A stretch of 64,000 nt of DNA from a virus. Made by a program: the position numbers and the translations under genes. The first letter of the stretch is position 1. Every line of letters begins with the position of its first letter. The stretch lies in the IMG/VR virus record IMGVR_UViG_3300024346_000011; one strand, written 5' to 3'. The notes beneath the pieces were generated by a model, which ran no database searches, was not told the origin of the DNA, and saw only the letters and a list, made by a program, of their open reading frames with translations. Shown piece by piece: positions 58,301 through 64,000 of the stretch.

Positions 58301-59653
58301 CGTTCCATTGGCAGAAAATCTTCTGCCATTAAAGGTACCTGCCACTAATGTTGTATCTGCAACAAACGTGAAATTATATAAATCATAATTAGCAGATTCA
58401 ATTTCAGTTAAATCACCAATTAATATTTTATCGTTATGATTAGGTTTTTCAACAATTTTTAATCTAACAAAACCATAAGTGTCTGGTGTTTCATTTAAAA
58501 CCTTAACAACATCATCCTTTTTATAATTTTGGTTAATATCATCTAGACTATCAAATGCAACTGGGATTGTTAAATATTCAAAATGTGTGTTATTTTTAAT
58601 ATGAAAATATTCACCACTACCAGACTTAAAATAATTAAGAGTTGGCAAGTTTAAATCAAAAGAACTAGGTAACATGTCTTGAGCATAGATACCATTGTCT
58701 AGTTCATATAAGCTTTCTATATTTTCTGGATTGATATAAACATATCCATTCTTTGAAATTGTAGCATCAATTCTTGCTTCTGGAATTTCATCAACATATA
58801 AACCAAAATATCTATAGATCTCATAGTTATCAGCACCTTTATCGTCAAATAAAAACTCTAAGTTAATAAGATTTGCGCTAACAATCTGATTTCTTTCAAA
58901 ACCTTGAGAAATCAATTGATTGAAAAATATTTCAGGATAATCAGTCTGAACCAATTGCTTAGTTAAAAATTCAGACTTAGAAGCAAAACCACCATTTTTA
59001 ATATCAATGCCTCTAAATTCTGTTTCCCCATTTAAATCAAAATTAACTTTTAATGGAGACACTGGCATTAATTTATCAAATGTATGCTTATGTAAATATC
59101 TACCAAGCTTACTCTGCTTGGTTAAATCAAACGTCTTAACAATAGTTGCATTCTTTAATAACTCTAGAATTCTATTGTTTTGGCCAGTTGTATTGTCAGC
59201 ATATTGTGTTGAGTAATCAGTATCTTTAACTCTATAAATTACAAATTTTTCAGGTACTTTTCTATCTAACCAAATTGGAGCTAAAATTTTATATTGCTCA
59301 TCATAAATTTTGTTAGAATTAAATGTAGCACCATAGTTATACTGATTTTCATATTGGAATGCATAATCAGAGTATGCATTTGTATCTGAGTATCTTCTTA
59401 ATACTTGATATGCATCTTGTGCTGAAACCTTATTAAAGAATTTTGCTAAATCAGTTGAGTAAGATCCCTCTTCGCTAAGTTCAAATTTTTGATAATTGGT
59501 TTGAGCCAAAAACTTATTAGCGGCAAATGCACTCAAGAATATACCACCATTTGAATCTGCAACTAACTTAACGTTTGCAGTTAACTTTGGATTAGTTCTT
59601 AAAAGTGAAAATGTCGTCTTATCGTTGCTGTTAAGATTGTAGTTTATAGCCAT
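55316..59653 (-). CDS. Large structural protein, probably baseplate
   Basis: 1445 aa in the tail cluster, GATATATA upstream; no diagnostic motif recognised. Confidence 0.55.
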   Translation of the reverse strand: MAINYNLNSNDKTTFSLLRTNPKLTANVKLVADSNGGIFLSAFAANKFLAQTNYQKFELSEEGSYSTDLAKFFNKVSAQDAYQVLRRYSDTNAYSDYAFQYENQYNYGATFNSNKIYDEQYKILAPIWLDRKVPEKFVIYRVKDTDYSTQYADNTTGQNNRILELLKNATIVKTFDLTKQSKLGRYLHKHTFDKLMPVSPLKVNFDLNGETEFRGIDIKNGGFASKSEFLTKQLVQTDYPEIFFNQLISQGFERNQIVSANLINLEFLFDDKGADNYEIYRYFGLYVDEIPEARIDATISKNGYVYINPENIESLYELDNGIYAQDMLPSSFDLNLPTLNYFKSGSGEYFHIKNNTHFEYLTIPVAFDSLDDINQNYKKDDVVKVLNETPDTYGFVRLKIVEKPNHNDKILIGDLTEIESANYDLYNFTFVADTTLVAGTFNGRRFSANGTLVDVTLALHNAITFYQTYSKDNTLVIKDYAAGNNRKRMVVAPHSQNFINFVSFDIAREVTLSNQFNQWVTYTTRGGSEVGGAKFVTLEEKGKLQIGDYIKSKDLSKYVKIVDITSDLLDDTKFRIIFDKPIKASNDTSIQTWVRYKPTIGKFSAYDLKDFDFDFYSTRMSDIGELSLTEGGSTYFNNLYDVLVEESIDDSTSVSAINSEYDRLNENELKETALLSRMVPTIMKFALKNGFNARNLPYSLNISEAFGEDNISPDLTHITGRNANALNMEHFHLNQIPLHYYTNNTLDNLQSYTDFNYTQGISLDQLKSTDVNYFELYFKNNGIYNQFTQAWVDSNEKNMFSNFIGGSNELEASTVFRGLRYSYKKRKEFARPNPTEFINTSEVNDYKFGVVLNYNTGDAITENGVRYTTIKNDKFKFICIVIDLDVVLNSRSFLDREDLYTTNNIRNVITNNIIDTALPFKLFLGNENSQWESEIINVFSFGPGRFTEFINRNELGEYSWIYFDYQGVTYGMKVVNVTGDSQIQVNSKPIKLVFDSNNEKIEEIGPETLDDPSVVSRQTQFYYWRGGASGFKFLLEEIVANNFADRFNQFGSIQYLTITETGEQLQNRFILEVEDGVELIKPSLLDVTSDPEKPKAYQLSQSSVGSILTKRTDDGYYTIIRRMNGDYTPLFNNIITFTDVYTNHKRNIPLIGSTQIEVDSRESLIYSRLNNLGVAFNSYKHINQSFGYIKNYYFHKVNDINSKNLLKLSDTSDKLPLYPKIGEIAIDKKDLNILRSKYNQNYFTRSLPTGKTEDAYGTLTPVEIKSFMASTVMKVKDTYSITAFNATLEKDINALDAIRVNKLNKTSIHWIETDTQIVADFYLPKSIYNELLEDGITSKFRKYVEAQYSYDDKTSILDDLEIYVYNNVVTRFIIDNIEIYGTEFKAGISGFESIVDPKLLSDGGFTSQTNYEIQSYQNDGLSFRLTYNKKYGYGHTLKVHVKIQA

Positions 59654-59678
59654 TTACCAAACCTATTTTTACTCAAAT

Positions 59679-59686
59679 TATATATC
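59679..59686 (-). promoter_or_regulatory. Putative late promoter GATATATA
   Basis: Intergenic, upstream of 55316..59653. Confidence 0.6.
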
Positions 59687-59706
59687 CCAGTAAAATAGCT
59701 GGTATA

Positions 59707-62700
59707 TTACAGCTGTTGCGATATAACCGGGTTAGAGAAATCTACTAGATCTGAAGCAAAATAACCACTACTACTTCCTCCACCACTGTTATAGTTTGAC
59801 AACATTGATGAGGTAATAGAATTGATATTTTTACCTGTTGGCTTATATTTAGCATAAACTTCAACGTCAAACTGGAATTCATTATTATTTGAATCAATAA
59901 TATCAATACCAATTTTCTTAGCATAAGTTAAATTAGAGAATGTATTTGACAGGATACCTCCAATTCTACCGGTTCCGGAATCACCCGCACCATAATAATC
60001 TGTCATTCTATATTGGAATACTAACTCGATTGCAATTGAATTCTTACTAGATCCTGGAATGATCTTTCTACCCCTCTTGTTTTTAGCATCCACCGATAAA
60101 GAATCTTTAGTGATTGGAGATAAGAATAAGAATGAACCACAAGAGTGACCACCTAATAAATATTGATCATTTGCATCAAAAGAAGTCTTCGCCGTAGTTC
60201 TCATACCTGGGTTTCCAGATTCATTTATAGTGTTACACAATCTAAATGCAGTTTGAGATAAACCATCAGTGTCAGTAGATCTTCTTACTGCCGTTTTAGG
60301 CATACCCGTTAAACCGTTTGCATTAATCTCTAACGCATTGAATTGTGAAGAATAAGGGTGATCGATGTGCAAGAACATACCGTTATCATAAGCGGCCGCA
60401 TTTGTTGCATTAATAGTAGAAATCTTTACTAAACCTGTTGGTTCGCCATCAGCACCACACCAAACAAAATCTACCTGTGGGTCTGCAGTAGCATCAGCAG
60501 AATAACCAACGTTTAAGACATCTACACCTGCAAAACTCTTTTCCCAAGTGTTTGTATCAAGAGATACTCCAGGCATTGGATAACTTAAACCATATTCAGT
60601 TACATCATATCCTGTTAATTCTGATGCGTGAATATCGCTAGTAACATATAATTGGCTATCATTTGATAGATTCTTAAATCTAGAATATGCAAATTGGCCT
60701 TTTAACTGCATTGACTGCTGTGGTGAAGGATTGAACCAATTATTTGTTGTATCGGTTGGATCCAAATTTTGATATACAACTGGAACTAAATCATAATTAC
60801 CTTCAGTTGTGTAATATGTGTTAGAAGAAACCTCAGAAGAAATCGAACCAGTTGCTAATCCAAACTTAGTTGTTGTTGATGAAGAAGGAGCTGGTAAATC
60901 AGTATCACCAATAATTCTTGCAATCAACTCTAAGTCAGTTGCTTTAGAGTTTGATAATTCGATCTTATAGTTTTTAGTAACAATGTGACCTTTATAATTT
61001 GTTGAAGGTAATTCATCGACATAGTAACCTGCAAATAATTTAACAGTTGTATTATTGGTTACTTTAGTTACGTTACCATCTTCGTCAATAATAACAATCT
61101 CAAGCTCACCAAGAGTACCTTCAATTTGTGCTTTTAATCTTTCAATCTCAGCTTGCATCTCAACAATCTTATCATATAATGAGATTGGAGTTTGAGAAGC
61201 TGTTAAGAAACCTGAAGCAATTGAAGAAGCAGTGTGTGCAAAATATTTATCGCCAGCTTCAAATTGATCTCCTAAGTGGTCATAAATACCTTCAGCTGTT
61301 AATTCTTCTTTTAATTGAACTTTAACGCTATCAATTTCATTAGAAGAAACTAATTCAATTACTGAATCTGTTGCTAATTCTCCGTCTGGGAATTGAACTC
61401 TTACGATATCAGACCATTCTGATTCAACTGGGTTTGCTGGAAAACCAGCCTCAGAGATTGATTTAACCATAATCTCTACAACTTCACCTGGTTGAATTGG
61501 TAAATCTAATGAATTAAAGTTTACTGCCTGTGCGTCTTCTTCAGACTCAGTAACCCATTTATATACGCCATCAACCAATTGTCTCTTTCTGACTGGGCCA
61601 CTAACCTCAATCCAGTTTGAGAATGCTGCAGTTTTTGAAGTACCATTTGTTGTATCTTCAAATTGAATCTGTTCAACTTGTGCAGTTTTACCACTAGTTG
61701 ATTGGTATCTATATCTAATCTTAAATTGTATAACCTCTTGTGAAACTTGATCACCGATTGTACGTGGTTCTGGAATTGACCAGAAACCTCTAATTCTAAA
61801 TTTAGGTGTAACTTTCTTTAAATCAGATGATTCAGCAGATGCTTTAATTTCAGTTACAATAGAAGAAAACAATTTAGATTGAGAATCTCTATCACCAATT
61901 AATGTTCTTAATTCAGCTTGTTGCTTCAAGAACTCAGTTTTAGATTTAAATTTCTTAGTGCTTAATAAACCCTTTTTCTCTTTAATAGATTCATCTAAAC
62001 CTTTAATTGTTTGTTCAGCTGAAATTTTATCACCCTTTAATTGCTTAACTTTTTGTACAGTCGTATTATCAGTTAAGTGCTTATTAACCTGAATAACTTT
62101 TAAATTATTAGCAACTAAAGCTGGAGCGGCTGGTTTAATACCAACGCTTGATGGCGGAATATAATCAACTCTTAGAGCCTTAATAAATTCACCAAAGTCT
62201 GCAACATTTTCTTTATAGTATTGTGCTAATGTAACTCTACCACCAACTGCATTTACAAGTTGTAATTCATTTGAATAAAAACCAATACCTGGAGAATACT
62301 CATCAGCTGGCATATTTGATACATGATCTATTGGCTTAACAAATATAACCTGTCTTTCGTTAAAACCAACATTGATTTCAATATCTAAATCTGTATCAAC
62401 ATCTTTATAAACTGCTAATTGAGCTTCACCAATATTAATTGGTTCAAAGCCCTCAATCAATTCTAATTCAACTTGTGATGTTGAATTATCAATTGATTTA
62501 ATAATGTATCTAGTTCTGTAAGCTCCAGAATTAACAATTAATGAATCATTAACTCTTAAAACCTCAGTATCTTTTAATGTTCTTGTAGAATCTGAATATG
62601 TTAATTTATTTAATGTAAATAATTTAACAGTTTTTGTTTGTGTAACACCATCAACAATAATATTTCTTTGTTGATTGTTAATCATAGTTACGTCAAATGA

Positions 62701-63336
62701 ACCATAGTATTGCATGGTTCTAATTGGCATATCAATAACGTTTGAATCAATATAATATTGAATATCGTTATCTGCTAAATATGATTTAAATTGAGCGTAA
62801 TTAATATCGCTCTGTGCTTTGTATCTATCGTCAAAAATATCAGCTGTCGCAGTAGCATCAGAATTAAAAATGTATCTTTCAACGTATACTCTTTCTGTTT
62901 CAATTGGAAGCTGACCGCTAACATCAAGACGAACAGTTAATAGAGGATTTAAGAAGTCCTCAAAAAATTCGTTTAATTTAGTGTTGAATTGAGAAGGGGA
63001 TGCTAATTTCTTAATTGAAGGAGCTGGCCCTTTTAATCTTGAGCTATAAATTCTTCTAAATGTACCATCCTTTAATCTAACGTTTGCAGAATTACCATCA
63101 ATTGCAGTAATTGATTTTACGTTAGCATCAAGTCTTTCAAGTTCACGTTTTAAATAACCAAACGCCGGGATTTGAACTGACTTTAATTGCTTAGTGTTTG
63201 GATCATAAAGATCTAAAGTCACAGTTTCTTTGTCCGTCGAAATAGCTTCGTTAATACGGTTGAAAGTTTCTAGAGAGTTTGTGTTTAACTCTAGAAACTG
63301 TTCCATTAGTTGTGAAATAGAATTCTGTGCGCTCAT
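59707..63336 (-). CDS. Large structural protein (baseplate/tail) with coiled-coil and Fn3-like segments
   Basis: 1209 aa; IRGFWSIP...FKIRYR...VKSISEAG.P...SEWS beta-sandwich-like pattern. Confidence 0.55.
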   Translation of the reverse strand: MSAQNSISQLMEQFLELNTNSLETFNRINEAISTDKETVTLDLYDPNTKQLKSVQIPAFGYLKRELERLDANVKSITAIDGNSANVRLKDGTFRRIYSSRLKGPAPSIKKLASPSQFNTKLNEFFEDFLNPLLTVRLDVSGQLPIETERVYVERYIFNSDATATADIFDDRYKAQSDINYAQFKSYLADNDIQYYIDSNVIDMPIRTMQYYGSFDVTMINNQQRNIIVDGVTQTKTVKLFTLNKLTYSDSTRTLKDTEVLRVNDSLIVNSGAYRTRYIIKSIDNSTSQVELELIEGFEPINIGEAQLAVYKDVDTDLDIEINVGFNERQVIFVKPIDHVSNMPADEYSPGIGFYSNELQLVNAVGGRVTLAQYYKENVADFGEFIKALRVDYIPPSSVGIKPAAPALVANNLKVIQVNKHLTDNTTVQKVKQLKGDKISAEQTIKGLDESIKEKKGLLSTKKFKSKTEFLKQQAELRTLIGDRDSQSKLFSSIVTEIKASAESSDLKKVTPKFRIRGFWSIPEPRTIGDQVSQEVIQFKIRYRYQSTSGKTAQVEQIQFEDTTNGTSKTAAFSNWIEVSGPVRKRQLVDGVYKWVTESEEDAQAVNFNSLDLPIQPGEVVEIMVKSISEAGFPANPVESEWSDIVRVQFPDGELATDSVIELVSSNEIDSVKVQLKEELTAEGIYDHLGDQFEAGDKYFAHTASSIASGFLTASQTPISLYDKIVEMQAEIERLKAQIEGTLGELEIVIIDEDGNVTKVTNNTTVKLFAGYYVDELPSTNYKGHIVTKNYKIELSNSKATDLELIARIIGDTDLPAPSSSTTTKFGLATGSISSEVSSNTYYTTEGNYDLVPVVYQNLDPTDTTNNWFNPSPQQSMQLKGQFAYSRFKNLSNDSQLYVTSDIHASELTGYDVTEYGLSYPMPGVSLDTNTWEKSFAGVDVLNVGYSADATADPQVDFVWCGADGEPTGLVKISTINATNAAAYDNGMFLHIDHPYSSQFNALEINANGLTGMPKTAVRRSTDTDGLSQTAFRLCNTINESGNPGMRTTAKTSFDANDQYLLGGHSCGSFLFLSPITKDSLSVDAKNKRGRKIIPGSSKNSIAIELVFQYRMTDYYGAGDSGTGRIGGILSNTFSNLTYAKKIGIDIIDSNNNEFQFDVEVYAKYKPTGKNINSITSSMLSNYNSGGGSSSGYFASDLVDFSNPVISQQL

Positions 63337-63337
63337 A

Positions 63338-64000
63338 TTATCTTATAATGTCAAATTCAAATGTCTTGTTTACTGCGTCAACACATACCATTTCGATATA
63401 TGGTTTAGTGCTAATCAATTCTGACGCTGGAATTGATCCTTTTAACAACCAACTACCACCTGTTTTAATATAAACATTGATCGACTTATTATTTAAATTG
63501 TAAATTTTATCTCTAAAAGACATCTTTACAACTTGACCTAATTTAAAACCAACGGTAGAATCGTCTATGTATATATTGAAATCATATTCGAACTTCTCTT
63601 GTTCAAGGTATAATCTAATTAAGTTATCATACTTCTTAACTCTAGTCCAAATACCTTGTGAAGCTGCATTTGCTGGATTAAATTTATTAGAAGCATTTAA
63701 GTCAGATACAATTTGACCAGTCTGAAAATTATAAACTCTAGATTCTGATAAGGTATAACCGTAGTTTGTGTTATTAATTTTGATCTTGTTTGGAGTTGAC
63801 TTATCAACAACTACTCCATCGCCGCTAACAACAACATCAGTGTTATATTGCAGCTCGGTTGGAATTTCACCAGAGATCACCTGGTTTAATCTTTTATTTG
63901 TAGATGAGATTAATTGTAGGATAGAACCCGAGTTCTCAAAATTCAATGCAGCAGCCTCTAGCGACTCTTCTACATCGGCTAATCTAGCTAAAATATCCGT
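63338..64000 (-). CDS. Structural protein, 5' end outside the window
   Basis: Frame stays open upstream of 63946 to the window edge (TDILARLADVEESLEAAALNFE...). Confidence 0.65.
   Translation of the reverse strand, partial: TDILARLADVEESLEAAALNFENSGSILQLISSTNKRLNQVISGEIPTELQYNTDVVVSGDGVVVDKSTPNKIKINNTNYGYTLSESRVYNFQTGQIVSDLNASNKFNPANAASQGIWTRVKKYDNLIRLYLEQEKFEYDFNIYIDDSTVGFKLGQVVKMSFRDKIYNLNNKSINVYIKTGGSWLLKGSIPASELISTKPYIEMVCVDAVNKTFEFDIIR

Noticed and set aside
1129-63424. Numerous 60-150-aa plus-strand and out-of-frame minus-strand ORFs in the track (e.g. 31525..31977, 41183..41524, 53794..54015)
   Set aside because: All lie within longer motif-bearing genes and read as antisense or shadow frames
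1-64000. Stop-codon reassignment as in some large Bacteroidota phages
   Set aside because: Conserved genes are full length under the standard code, and TAG/TGA end genes at sensible operon junctions (e.g. 16487, 44585)

Overview
A 64-kb, AT-rich segment of a large T4-like myovirus genome, almost entirely coded on the minus strand. A-rich translation starts without Shine-Dalgarno sequences and a Bacteroidota-style spanin-like protein suggest a Bacteroidota host (inference). Recognisable modules: head (gp23 capsid, gp21 protease fused to a scaffold, gp20 portal, gp2, gp4), late sigma factor gp55, replication/recombination (gp44, gp45, gp46/47, gp41, UvsX/W/Y, gp61, gp32, RuvC-like resolvase, a family-B DNA polymerase split in two genes around nrdB-nrdA-gp45), nucleotide and nucleotide-sugar enzymes, and tail/baseplate genes. 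The most striking feature is a ~12-kb array (30.6-42.4 kb) of unrelated proteins sharing a tag (MKHVKLFEQFVNE-like) that resembles the T4 internal-protein capsid-targeting sequence. The array includes polyproteins whose modules are joined by repeated ESVVNE putative protease linkers and an RNA-ligase-like/nucleotidyltransferase pair, so it is a candidate modular system for packaging proteins in the head and injecting them. Also visible: two promoter classes (TGAAAC-N17-TATAAT and GATATATA, often 4 nt before ATG), a repeated hairpin element, a candidate ~80-nt late small RNA, a structured nrdA 3' region, and a stranded ancestral C-terminus recording a gene-end replacement. All product calls come from motif recognition by eye; no database search was run.
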